NCBI GenBank assembly: GCA_964291625.2 | Contig: OZ220089.1 | Coordinates: 2,176,001 to 2,240,000 of the forward strand | Source of the DNA: Candidatus Latescibacterota bacterium | Lineage (GTDB): Bacteria; Latescibacterota; UBA2968; UBA8231 | Direction: 5' to 3' | DNA: 64,000 nucleotides | Part shown: positions 1-8,626 of the stretch, piece by piece | How the letters are laid out: each line of letters begins with the position of its first letter | Position numbering within the stretch: position 1 is the stretch's first letter | Made by a program: the position numbers and the translations under genes | Notes under the pieces: generated by a model | Told to the model about the DNA's origin: nothing | What the model saw: only the letters and a program-made list of their open reading frames with translations | The model's database searches: none

Positions 1-1403
1 CAGCCCGCCGCCACCCCCTCCGGGGACTGCAGGTAGCGCCCGCCCTCGCCGTCCGTCCAGGGGTAGCGGAAGTGCTCGGCCAGCTCGCGGTTCGACGGCT
101 CCCGGAGCAGGTCCTCCAGGGCGGCGTAGGCCTGGTCGTACGAGCGGGTCTGGTGGTGCTCCAGGGCGTCCCACAGCAGCATGCTGCGGTCTCCCGTCCG
201 GTAGGCCTCCAGGCCGCGCTCCATCCCCAGGATCGTGGGCAGAAGCTGCTCGAGCATGATCTTCCTCGGCAGCGGCGCCACCCGAAGGGGCTGGATGCCC
301 TTGCGGTCGATCACCGCCGGCACCTCGACGACCACGTCGTCGTCCACCCCCGGCAGCGCCCCCCGGTTGGGGACGTTCACCTGGAAGGTGCCGCGCACGT
401 CGTTGGTCAGGGCGTCGATGATCGGCACCTGCTGCTCGCGGGTGCGCCCGGTGCCGAAGAGCTCGGTCATGCGCGCCGAAGGGTCCTCGCAGGCGGCCCG
501 GATCTGCTCCAGCCGCTTCTCCAGGCGCTCCACGTGGACGGGCCGGGCGATATGGGTGTCCGGCCCTCCGTAGGGCTCGCCGAACCAGTGCTTCTTCGTT
601 TCGATGTCGGTGTGATACCACCAGCCGCCGACGCGGGGCGAGTCTCCGATGGGGAAGAGGCCGTACATGCGGTACTGGTGCACGGCGCCGCGGGAGAGCT
701 GGATGTCGTGGGTGCCGTCGGCTTCGTGGGTCCGCCAGTAGTCCTCGCCGTGTTCGTCGATCCAGCGTTCGATCCGCGGGTAGGCGTCCTCCCCGTCGTA
801 GAGGAAATGGGTCATCCAGATGCAGTGGTTGACCCCCGGCGCCTGGAAGTCGACGCGCTCCAGGTCGAGGCCCAGTTCCCTGACGATGCGATGGTAGCCG
901 TAGTGACCGTGGCACAGGCCGCAGACCTTGAGCCCCGTCTCCCGGGTCATGAGGGTGCAGCCGTCGAAGACGGGATTGCCCGACTGGATGAGCCAGGCAT
1001 CGGGACAGAGCCTCTCCATGTCCCGGGCCACCTCCATCATCAGCCGCAACTGGTAGAAGGAGCCCGCCGACACGCCCCTGTAGTAGTAGCCGTGCCGGGC
1101 CATGAGGCGGCGCATGTCGACCTGGTGGTGATGGCTCTGGACCATGGCGGTGTTGATGACAAAATCCGCCTCCCTCAGCGCCTCCTCGCGGTCGGTGGTC
1201 TGCCGGAAGCGCAGGTCGCCGCCGACCTCGTCGGTGTAGCGCGAGGCCATGCGGGTCACCGCGTCCAGGCGGTCGGCGTCGATGTCCATGAAGTGGACCT
1301 CGCTGCCGGCCAAATTCCCGGTCAGGCACAGGTCCTTCACCAGGCCGAGGGAGAAGGTGGCGGAGCCGGCGCCGATGACGCCGATGCGGACGGGATGGGG
1401 CAT
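1..1403 (-). CDS. Family 4 glycoside hydrolase (NAD+/Mn2+-dependent alpha-glucosidase/alpha-galactosidase), 3' end at the window edge
   Basis: Absent from the ORF track because no stop lies in the window. Hand translation from ATG 1403 gives MPHPVRIGVIGAGSATFSLGLVKDL...EVHFMDID, with the later motifs NP, GLCHG and GVNHCIW typical of GH4. The frame ends on 'TG' at bases 2-1, so the stop is probably just outside. Confidence 0.9.
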   Translation of the reverse strand, partial: MPHPVRIGVIGAGSATFSLGLVKDLCLTGNLAGSEVHFMDIDADRLDAVTRMASRYTDEVGGDLRFRQTTDREEALREADFVINTAMVQSHHHQVDMRRLMARHGYYYRGVSAGSFYQLRLMMEVARDMERLCPDAWLIQSGNPVFDGCTLMTRETGLKVCGLCHGHYGYHRIVRELGLDLERVDFQAPGVNHCIWMTHFLYDGEDAYPRIERWIDEHGEDYWRTHEADGTHDIQLSRGAVHQYRMYGLFPIGDSPRVGGWWYHTDIETKKHWFGEPYGGPDTHIARPVHVERLEKRLEQIRAACEDPSARMTELFGTGRTREQQVPIIDALTNDVRGTFQVNVPNRGALPGVDDDVVVEVPAVIDRKGIQPLRVAPLPRKIMLEQLLPTILGMERGLEAYRTGDRSMLLWDALEHHQTRSYDQAYAALEDLLREPSNRELAEHFRYPWTDGEGGRYLQSPEGVAAG

Positions 1404-1504
1404 GGGATTCTGACTCCTCGCTGGGTTGCCGGTGGTGGGGGCCGAGACAGAGCCCGCGGTCCTGTATAAGGTAAAGGCCTGCCCGCCCAAAGGAGCCAGC
1501 AGCG

Positions 1505-1819
1505 ATGAGCGACGAGAGGCACTTCGAAGAGCAGCCGGTGGAACTGCCGATCGACGGCACCCTCGATCTGCACACCTTCCGGCCCAGGGAGGCGGCGGAC
1601 CTGGTGGCCGACTACCTGTCCGAGTGCCGCAAGCGCGGCATCCTGGACGCCCGCGTCATCCACGGCAAGGGCACGGGCGCCTTGCGGCGCACCGTCCACG
1701 CCGCCCTGGACCGCCTCCCCTTCGTGGAGCGCTACTCCCTGGCCGGCACCGGAGGCGGCGGCTGGGGAGCGACCCTGGTGCGCCTGCGGCCCCTTCCTCC
1801 AGGGGGCGAGAAGCGCTGA
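1505..1819 (+). CDS. Stand-alone Smr (small MutS-related) domain protein
   Basis: LDLH, VIHGKGTGALR and GGWGATLV motifs; AGGAG RBS upstream. Confidence 0.9.
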   Translation: MSDERHFEEQPVELPIDGTLDLHTFRPREAADLVADYLSECRKRGILDARVIHGKGTGALRRTVHAALDRLPFVERYSLAGTGGGGWGATLVRLRPLPPGGEKR

Positions 1820-1993
1820 CTCCGCCCTTCGCCGGGCCCCCCGGCTCCCGGCCGTGACCGGCTCGGGGCCGTGATCGAGCTGCGGCGGCAACTGCCCGCC
1901 CTCGGACGAAGCCGCCTGCACCTTGCCGGGAAGGCGGGCTCCGGCTAAGGTAGCGCTCCGCCACCCGGACCATCCTGGAAGAGGAGGATCTCC

Positions 1994-3469
1994 GTGATCG
2001 ATCCAGAATACCTGCTCAGCGACGAACAGATGCGCGACTACATCGCCAACGGCTATCTCGTGCTCAACACGAGCCTGCCGGCCACGCTCCACGAGGAGAT
2101 CTACCGGCGCACCTCCGATGTCCTGGAGAAGGAGGGCAACCCGGGCAACAATATCCTGCCACGGGTGCCGCAGCTCCGGCGGGTCTTCGACGACCCGGCC
2201 CTGCGCGGCGCCCTGACCAGCGTGCTGGGCCCCGACTACATCATGCACTCCCACCGCCACTGCCACGTGAACCGGGGCGGCAGCGACGGCGGCGGCACCC
2301 ACAAGGACAGCTACTGGGGCTTCAACCGGGTGCCGCGCAACCACCGCACACGCTGGGCCATGCTGTTCTACTACCCCCAGGACGTCTCCGAGGCCAACGG
2401 CCCCACCGGAGTCGTCCCGGGTTCCCAGAACTACGTGGCGAAGGAGTCCTGGGAGACCGACGGCGAGGCCGTGCCCTGTCTCGGCGCCGCGGGCACCGCC
2501 GTCCTCGTCCACTTCGACCTGTGGCACCGGGCCTTCCCCAACCACACGGACAACACCCGTTTCATGATGAAGTTCCAGTTCACCCGCATGTCCGAGCCTG
2601 CGGCCCCGACCTGGCGCTCCGACAGGCAGGACTGGCCCGGCGGCAACGGCCTGGGCGACCGCCACGACGCCATGTGGAGGTCGGCCTGGAGCTGGCACCG
2701 CGGCGAGCCCTTCGACGCACCCGCCGCCGAGGGCGGCGACGAGGCCATCCACCGCCTGCGGGGCGGCGAGGTGGAGGAGCGTCTCGGTGCGGCCACCGCC
2801 CTGGGCGGCACCGGGGCCTCCCCCGCGGCCGTGTCCGCCCTGCGCGACGCCTTGCGAGACGGGGCCGAGCCGGTGCGCCTGAACGCGGGTTACGGACTTG
2901 GGGCCGTCGGCGAGGACGCCGTCGACGCCCTGGTGGACGCCCTCGACGACGAGGTCGAGCACGCACGACTGAACGCCGCCTACGGACTCGCCGCCGCCGG
3001 TTCCGCGGCGGCGCCGGCGCTGATCGCGGCCTGCACCGCGGACTCGGAATCGAGCCGCGGCTACGCGGCCTTCGCCCTCGGCGAGATGGCCGCCGGTCCC
3101 GAGGCCGTGGAGGCGGTGGCCGCCCTGGCGGGGGATTCCTCGGAGTTCGTCCGCCGCAACGCCGCCGACGCCCTCGGCACCATGCAGGGGCGGCCGGAGG
3201 CGGCGGTCCCCGCCCTGCAGCAATTGCTCGCCGACGATAACGACCAGGTGCGCTTCGACGCCGCCTACGGGCTCGCCCGGCGCGGCCCCGAGGCCGCCCC
3301 GGCCACCGAGGCCCTGGTGGCGGCCCTGGACGACGGCAACCGCTACGTCCGCAACCACGGCGTCGAGGCCCTGCAGAGGATCGGCACTCCCGAGGCGCGG
3401 CAGGCCCTCTACGACTTCCTCACGGTATCGCGCTGGTGCCCGATCACCAACCGCGAGAGCACGTTCTGA
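1994..3469 (+). CDS. Phytanoyl-CoA dioxygenase (PhyH) family Fe(II)/2OG oxygenase fused to C-terminal HEAT (PBS-lyase-like) repeats
   Basis: HKD...NGPTGVVPGS...LWHR core, followed by repeated 'LxDxxxxVRxxAAxALG' units; GAGGAGG RBS before GTG. Confidence 0.85.
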   Translation: MIDPEYLLSDEQMRDYIANGYLVLNTSLPATLHEEIYRRTSDVLEKEGNPGNNILPRVPQLRRVFDDPALRGALTSVLGPDYIMHSHRHCHVNRGGSDGGGTHKDSYWGFNRVPRNHRTRWAMLFYYPQDVSEANGPTGVVPGSQNYVAKESWETDGEAVPCLGAAGTAVLVHFDLWHRAFPNHTDNTRFMMKFQFTRMSEPAAPTWRSDRQDWPGGNGLGDRHDAMWRSAWSWHRGEPFDAPAAEGGDEAIHRLRGGEVEERLGAATALGGTGASPAAVSALRDALRDGAEPVRLNAGYGLGAVGEDAVDALVDALDDEVEHARLNAAYGLAAAGSAAAPALIAACTADSESSRGYAAFALGEMAAGPEAVEAVAALAGDSSEFVRRNAADALGTMQGRPEAAVPALQQLLADDNDQVRFDAAYGLARRGPEAAPATEALVAALDDGNRYVRNHGVEALQRIGTPEARQALYDFLTVSRWCPITNRESTF

Positions 3470-3503
3470 ACCTCGCACACGCACACGGAAAGGACTCCGC
3501 GCC

Positions 3504-5084
3504 ATGGCGCAGACACAGCCGGTCCTGATCGCCGGAGAATGGCGCGACTCCAGGGCCGCGGGCACCTTCGAGCCGACGAACCCGCGCACCCGGGAGCCCA
3601 CGGGAGAGACCTACCCCGTCAGCGGTCCCGAGGAGGTGGCCGAGGCCGTCGAGGCGGCGGCTTCCGCCTCCGAGGCGCTACAGGACTCCCATCCCGCCGG
3701 CGCCGCCGGCTTCCTCGAGGCCTTCGCCGGCCGCATCGAGGCCCGCGCCGGCGAGATCGTCGCCATGGCCGAGGCCGAGACCGGCCTGCCCGCCGCGCCC
3801 CGGCTGGCGGAGATCGAGCTGCCCCGGACCACCGGCCAGCTCCGCCAGGCCGCGGCCGCCGCCCGGGGCCGATCCTGGAGCCTGCCCACCATCGACACCG
3901 GCAGCGGCATCCGCTCCATGTACCGGGCCCTCGACGGGGGCGTGGCCGTCTTCGGGCCGAACAACTTCCCCCTCGCCTTCAACAGCGTCTCCGGCGGGGA
4001 CTTCGCCGCCGCCGTCGGCGCCGGCTGCCCGGTCATCGCCAAGGCCAACTCCTCCCATCCGGGCACGACCCGCCTGCTCGCCGAGGAGGCGCTGCGGGCG
4101 GTCCGGGAGGCGGGTCTGCCGGAGGCGACGGTGCAGCTCATCTACCGCACCGATCACGAGGTCGGCAAGAGGCTGGTCTCGCACCCGAAGATCGGGGCCA
4201 CCGGCTACACCGGGTCGAGGGCGGCGGGTCTGGCCCTCAAGGCGGCGGCCGACGCCGCCGGCAAGCCGATCTACCTGGAGCTCAGCTCCATCAACCCCGT
4301 GTACGTGCTGCCCGGGGCGATCCGCGAGCGCGGCGCCGAGATCGTCGAGGAGTTCCAGACCTCCTGCCTCATGGGGACCGGGCAGTTCTGCACCAACCCC
4401 GGGATCGTCGTGCTCCTGGCCGGGGACGAGGCCGAGGGGTTCATCGCCCGGGCCGCGGAGGGCTTCGACCAGGCGCCGATAGGCACCCTGCTCGCCGCCG
4501 GCGTGGAGAGCGGCATGGAGGCGAGCGTCCGCGCCCTGCAGGCCGCCGGCGCCGAGCTGGTCACCGGCGGCAGGACCGGCGGCGGCACCGGGTACAGCTA
4601 CAGCAACACCCTGCTGCGGACCACGGCGCGCACGTTCCTCGCCGACCCCGAGGCCCTGCAGACCGAGGCCTTCGGCAACGAGAGCCTCTTCGTGGTGGCC
4701 GGCGACGTCGACGAGGCCGCCGAGGTGGCCCGCCGCCTGGAGGGCAACCTCACCGGCTGCATCTACTCCGACACGGGCGGCTCCGACGACGACGCCTACG
4801 AGCGCATCGCGCCGGCCCTGCGGCGGCGGGTGGGGCGCTTGCTCAACGACAAGATGCCCACCGGCGTGGCGGTGGTGCCCTCCATGAACCACGGCGGACC
4901 GTACCCGGCCACGGGACACCCCGGCTTCACCGCCGTCGGCATCCCCGCCTCGATGCTGCGCTTCGCCATGCTCTGCTGCTACGACGAGGTGCGCCCCCAC
5001 CGCCTGCCGGTGGAGCTGCGCGACGAGAACCCCGGCGGGGTCTGGCGCCTGATCGACGGAGACTGGACGCAGGCCGACGTCTGA
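3504..5084 (+). CDS. NADP-dependent aldehyde dehydrogenase (alpha-ketoglutaric semialdehyde dehydrogenase-like)
   Basis: VFGPNNFPLAF, GGDFAAA, TGS, ELSSINP, GQFCTNPG, EAFG and PTGVAV..MNHGGPYPAT motifs. Confidence 0.88.
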   Translation: MAQTQPVLIAGEWRDSRAAGTFEPTNPRTREPTGETYPVSGPEEVAEAVEAAASASEALQDSHPAGAAGFLEAFAGRIEARAGEIVAMAEAETGLPAAPRLAEIELPRTTGQLRQAAAAARGRSWSLPTIDTGSGIRSMYRALDGGVAVFGPNNFPLAFNSVSGGDFAAAVGAGCPVIAKANSSHPGTTRLLAEEALRAVREAGLPEATVQLIYRTDHEVGKRLVSHPKIGATGYTGSRAAGLALKAAADAAGKPIYLELSSINPVYVLPGAIRERGAEIVEEFQTSCLMGTGQFCTNPGIVVLLAGDEAEGFIARAAEGFDQAPIGTLLAAGVESGMEASVRALQAAGAELVTGGRTGGGTGYSYSNTLLRTTARTFLADPEALQTEAFGNESLFVVAGDVDEAAEVARRLEGNLTGCIYSDTGGSDDDAYERIAPALRRRVGRLLNDKMPTGVAVVPSMNHGGPYPATGHPGFTAVGIPASMLRFAMLCCYDEVRPHRLPVELRDENPGGVWRLIDGDWTQADV

Positions 5085-5264
5085 CCCGCGTCTTGCGGCA
5101 GGGTACGCGGCCGGCAGCGCAGTGTAGTCTCGCGGCCTGGGCTACCCTGGCACCGCCTGGCGGGAAGCCTCCAGGAAGAACCCGGGTGACGCGCCTTGCG
5201 CCGCCCCTGTGTCCATGGGCGTGGTGGAGGCCCCGAGGGCGCGAGCAACGCGCCTGGGGCCTGC

Positions 5265-6455
5265 CTACCTGTGGGCGTGGTGGGACGCCTCGGGGGCGAG
5301 GTACTGCACGTCGAGGTGGGGCGTCTCCAGGCGGCGGTGGCCCGCGTGCCGGGAGCGCAGGCAGCTTTCCAGGATCCCGCAGACGATCAGCGTCCGCTCC
5401 GCCGGGAAAGGCGCCGACCCGGTGGCCAGCATCTCGTCGATCTTGGCCACCAGGCAGGCCGAGTAGGTGACGTTCGGCGTCGGCGTCAGCAGGAACTGGC
5501 ACGACACCGGTTCCGCTTCCCCCTCCATCCGCGCGGCGAAGCAGTAGTCGCCCACGGCGCCGTTGACCATCAGCAGGGTGGCCCGCAGGCCGTCCCGGAA
5601 CTCCAGCAGGTAGGCGGCCGGCGCCTCGACGAGGCGCTCGATCTCCCCCGAGGCGAGCAGGTCCTGGGTGCGGCCGTCCTCCAGCGTCGCTCCCCGGGGG
5701 CTGTCCGAGCGCGACAGGGCCGCCTCCAGCAGGCGCATCGACCAGCGGCCCTCGCGGCCGGCCTCCCAGACCTCGTCCCCCTCGATCAGCTGCACCGCGG
5801 CGACGCCGGTCTCGCCTCCCCGGCGGCGCTCGATCATGCACTGCATCGCCTCGAGGGCGTGGTAGTCCATGGCGTCGGAGCCGCCGACGCCGATCATCAG
5901 GGCCTCCTCGACGCCGGCCCCGTGGGGGATCTCCAGGTCCGGCAGCCGCCAGGTGACCGGCAGCGACGACCCGGCCAGGATGGGGAAGCCGAGGCGGCGC
6001 CCGTCCTCCACCATCTCCCGGGCGTAGTCGAAGCTGTACGAGAGGTGCTTGTCGTTGTAGACCGGCACCGCCCGGCCGTCGGCCTCGAAGACGGCGACGC
6101 ACTCCTTGAACAGCTCGTACCTCGGGTAGAGCTTCTGCCCCAGCTCGTTGTCCGGGTACTCGCCGTGCTCGCCGATGAGCAGGACGCCGTCCACGGCCAG
6201 CTCGCCGCCGCCGCAGCGCAGGGCCTCGGCCACCGTGGGGTAGACCTCGAAGCCGAACTCCCGCCCCCGGTCCACGGCCTGATCGCCCTCGGGGGACTGA
6301 TCGACGTGGAGCGACACCACCCGCCCCGGGGAGCGGCGCCACTCGCCCTCGTACGGGTAGCCCACGAGGAAGCGGTCGGCGAAGTGCTGGGCGTGGGACA
6401 GGTAGCGGTAGATGGTGGCCACCACCGCCAGCCTCGGTTCGCGGTCGTCGGGCAT
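5265..6455 (-). CDS. Uncharacterised oxidoreductase-like protein (Gfo/Idh/MocA-like), paralog B
   Basis: C-terminal 396 aa of ORF 5265..7955, from ATG MPDDREPRL; shares DGVLLIGEHG, YPRYE, NDKHLS and AGSSLPVTWR with the adjacent gene. Confidence 0.7.
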   Translation of the reverse strand: MPDDREPRLAVVATIYRYLSHAQHFADRFLVGYPYEGEWRRSPGRVVSLHVDQSPEGDQAVDRGREFGFEVYPTVAEALRCGGGELAVDGVLLIGEHGEYPDNELGQKLYPRYELFKECVAVFEADGRAVPVYNDKHLSYSFDYAREMVEDGRRLGFPILAGSSLPVTWRLPDLEIPHGAGVEEALMIGVGGSDAMDYHALEAMQCMIERRRGGETGVAAVQLIEGDEVWEAGREGRWSMRLLEAALSRSDSPRGATLEDGRTQDLLASGEIERLVEAPAAYLLEFRDGLRATLLMVNGAVGDYCFAARMEGEAEPVSCQFLLTPTPNVTYSACLVAKIDEMLATGSAPFPAERTLIVCGILESCLRSRHAGHRRLETPHLDVQYLAPEASHHAHR

Positions 6456-6463
6456 CTCCGTCC

Positions 6464-7714
6464 TCACGTGCGCCAGAAGGTGGACTCGGGGTTCGGCTGG
6501 TAGGTCACCTCGGCCAGGTGCGGCGTCTCCAGGCGCGCCTGGTCCTGGTGGAGGCTCTCCACGCCCGCGGCCGTCAGTCCCGTGGTCATCAGGGTGCGCT
6601 CCACCGGGTAGGTGGCCCGCCCGGTGAGGAACATGCGCTCCACGTTGTTCACCTGGGGGCTGAAGAAGTTGGCCAGCGAGGTGCGGGCCGGCGGCATGGG
6701 CAGGTACATCTGCGTGGACAGGGGCCGCTCCTCGCCCGCCAGCCGCGCCGCGAAGTTGAAGTCCTGCACCAGGCCGCTCATCAGCAGCATCGACGACTGC
6801 AGGCCGTCGGCGTGCTCGTAGACGTAGGCCACGGGGCTCTCGCAGAGCTGCTTGAGCTCGTCGATGTTGGGCCGCACGTCGTTGAACCCCGGCCGCGGCT
6901 GCGACCGGGTGTGACTGCGGCTCAGGGCCGACTCGAACAGCTCCCGGGACCACACCCCGTCGTGATGGGCCTGCCAGAACCGCTCGTCGCGGTACGCCTG
7001 CAGCCCGACGACGCCGTGCTCGCCCCCCTCCCGGCGCTCGACCATGCACTGCAGGGTCTCCAGGCCGTGGAAGTCGTAGCTGTCGACGCCCCCGTAGCAG
7101 ACGCAGACCGCCTCCTCCACCCGCGCCCCGAGGGGCATCTCGAGGGAGGGCGTGCGCCAGGTGACGGGCAGCGACGAGCCGGCCATGAAGGCGAAGCCCA
7201 GCTCCACGGACTGGTCGTACATCTGGCGGGCCCAGTCCCAGTTCCACGAGAGGTGCTTGTCGTTGAAGACCGGCGCCGAGCGGCCGGTGGTGCGGTACAC
7301 GGAGACGATCTGCTGGAAGAACTCGTAGCGGGGGTAGAGCTGCTGGCCCTTCTCGTTGCGGCCGTACTGGCCGTGCTCGCCGACGAGAAGGACGCCGTCG
7401 ACGGCCAGGTCGGAGCCGCCCAGGGTGAGGGCGTCGGCGATGGTGGGCACCCCCCGCACCTCGGGGAACCGCGCCAGGCGGTCCGGCGTGAGGTCGCCCT
7501 CCGGGTGCTGGTCGACGTAGAGGGAGACCAGGTCCATCGGCGGCCGGTGGTGGCGCCCGTTCCAGCCGTAGCCCTCGAGGAAGCGGTCGACGATGTGCTG
7601 GCCGTGGGAGAACTTGCGGTACTCCGTGACCACGGCGGCGATCTTCGGTCTGCGGTCGGCGCTCAAGGGCGGTGCCTTCGGATGGTGCTGCGCTGCAGTG
7701 GCGAGGAGAGTCAA
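6464..7714 (-). CDS. Uncharacterised oxidoreductase-like protein (Gfo/Idh/MocA-like), paralog A
   Basis: 416 aa ORF with the same motif set as the downstream paralog; exact start uncertain. Confidence 0.7.
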   Translation of the reverse strand: MTLLATAAQHHPKAPPLSADRRPKIAAVVTEYRKFSHGQHIVDRFLEGYGWNGRHHRPPMDLVSLYVDQHPEGDLTPDRLARFPEVRGVPTIADALTLGGSDLAVDGVLLVGEHGQYGRNEKGQQLYPRYEFFQQIVSVYRTTGRSAPVFNDKHLSWNWDWARQMYDQSVELGFAFMAGSSLPVTWRTPSLEMPLGARVEEAVCVCYGGVDSYDFHGLETLQCMVERREGGEHGVVGLQAYRDERFWQAHHDGVWSRELFESALSRSHTRSQPRPGFNDVRPNIDELKQLCESPVAYVYEHADGLQSSMLLMSGLVQDFNFAARLAGEERPLSTQMYLPMPPARTSLANFFSPQVNNVERMFLTGRATYPVERTLMTTGLTAAGVESLHQDQARLETPHLAEVTYQPNPESTFWRT

Positions 7715-7754
7715 GATAGAGCCGCGCCGGACGCGGCTCCAGGCTTGGAGGGAA

Positions 7755-7784
7755 TTGACATCGGTGTAGCCTGTCGGCTACTTT
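7755..7784 (+). promoter_or_regulatory. Sigma-70 promoter with overlapping operator palindrome for the TA operon
   Basis: TTGACA (7755-7760), 18 bp spacer, TACTTT (7779-7784); inverted repeat GTAGCC-TGTC-GGCTAC (7766-7781) across the spacer and -10. Confidence 0.65.
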
Positions 7785-7790
7785 GGGCGA

Positions 7791-7904
7791 GTGCTGGAAG
7801 TTCGCAGGACGGAGGTCTATGCCAGCTGGCTCGACGGCTTGAGGGATGTCCGCGCTCGCGCCCGGGTGCTCCTTCGGGTCGAGCGGCTGGCGAGAAACCT
7901 GTAG
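7791..7904 (+). pseudogene. Internally deleted RelE/ParE-family 'addiction module killer' toxin
   Basis: GTG-start 37 aa ORF MLEVRRTEVYASWLDGLRDVRARARVLLRVERLARNL matches the family N-terminus joined directly to its usual C-terminal RLARNL; central core absent. Confidence 0.75.
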
Positions 7905-7913
7905 GTGAAGACC

Positions 7914-8249
7914 ATGGCGAAGACCGCTACAGTGCCCTACGACGTTGCTGAGCACCTTCGCACTCGCGAGGAAATGGCCGCGTATCTGGAAGCCTCCATC
8001 GAGGAGGCGGAGGGCGATGCCGCGTTCGTGGCCAAGGCTCTCGGCGACATCGCTCGCGCGCGGGGAATGGCGCAGGTGGCGACGGAGGCCGGCCTTTCCC
8101 GCGAGAGCCTCTACAAGGCGCTCTCCGGGGACCGCAACCCCACCTTCGAAACCGTCCTCAGGGTCGTCGGCGCGCTGGGCCTGAAGCTGCGTGCCGAAGC
8201 GGCGCTCGAGTCAGAAGCGGACGCCCGCGGCGCACCGGCGCACGGCTGA
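7914..8249 (+). CDS. Addiction-module antidote protein (Cro/C1-type HTH antitoxin)
   Basis: YDVAEHLRT.EEMAAYLEA...KALGDIARARGMAQVA...GLSRESLYKALSG..NPTFETV..V..ALG signature. Confidence 0.9.
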   Translation: MAKTATVPYDVAEHLRTREEMAAYLEASIEEAEGDAAFVAKALGDIARARGMAQVATEAGLSRESLYKALSGDRNPTFETVLRVVGALGLKLRAEAALESEADARGAPAHG

Positions 8250-8375
8250 TGGCACATGCTCCCTACCTGCGGGCGACCCGACATCGGGCGCACCGCCTGA
8301 AGACTCCGGCACCGGCTACCTGAGCAGCAGCATCTTCTTGACGGCCTGAAACGACTCTCCCGCCTGAAGCCGGTA

Positions 8376-8560
8376 TCAGCAAATCCCCGACGACACGCCG
8401 TGTCCGGTATCGTCGGTCGCGTCCCACGACAAGAGTACGACCACCTGACCCGCCAATCTGTACACCGTCAGTTCCACCTCCGCCGCCTCGGGCAGTGCAC
8501 AGAGAACCGTCGGGACGGGGTTGAACGGGTTGGGCGTAGTCGCCCACCTGTTCCGTCCTG
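8376..8560 (-). pseudogene. Remnant of a FlgD-Ig / C-terminal sorting-like domain gene
   Basis: Degenerate (Y)PNPFNP...ALPEAAEVELTVY.LAGQVV...WDATDDTGHGVSSGI with indels and no credible start. Confidence 0.6.
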
Positions 8561-8626
8561 TCAAAGGCCCCCAACGAGGTCGGAGAGACCGCCTCCGGCC
8601 CATCACCTGACCAGGAGGTTGCCTCC

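Noticed and set aside
72-1469. 465 aa plus-strand ORF and the many other long antisense or alternate-frame ORFs in the track
   Set aside because: Shadow ORFs of high-GC coding regions: Arg/Pro/Gly-rich or mirror-frame, without motifs, and overlapping well-supported genes
5085-5264. Structured RNA or REP element between convergent genes
   Set aside because: Only imperfect GC-rich hairpins expected at this composition, with no second copy noticed
5265-7955. Single 896 aa protein
   Set aside because: Only the last 396 aa look like a real protein; the upstream part is an alternate frame of the paralog at 6464..7714
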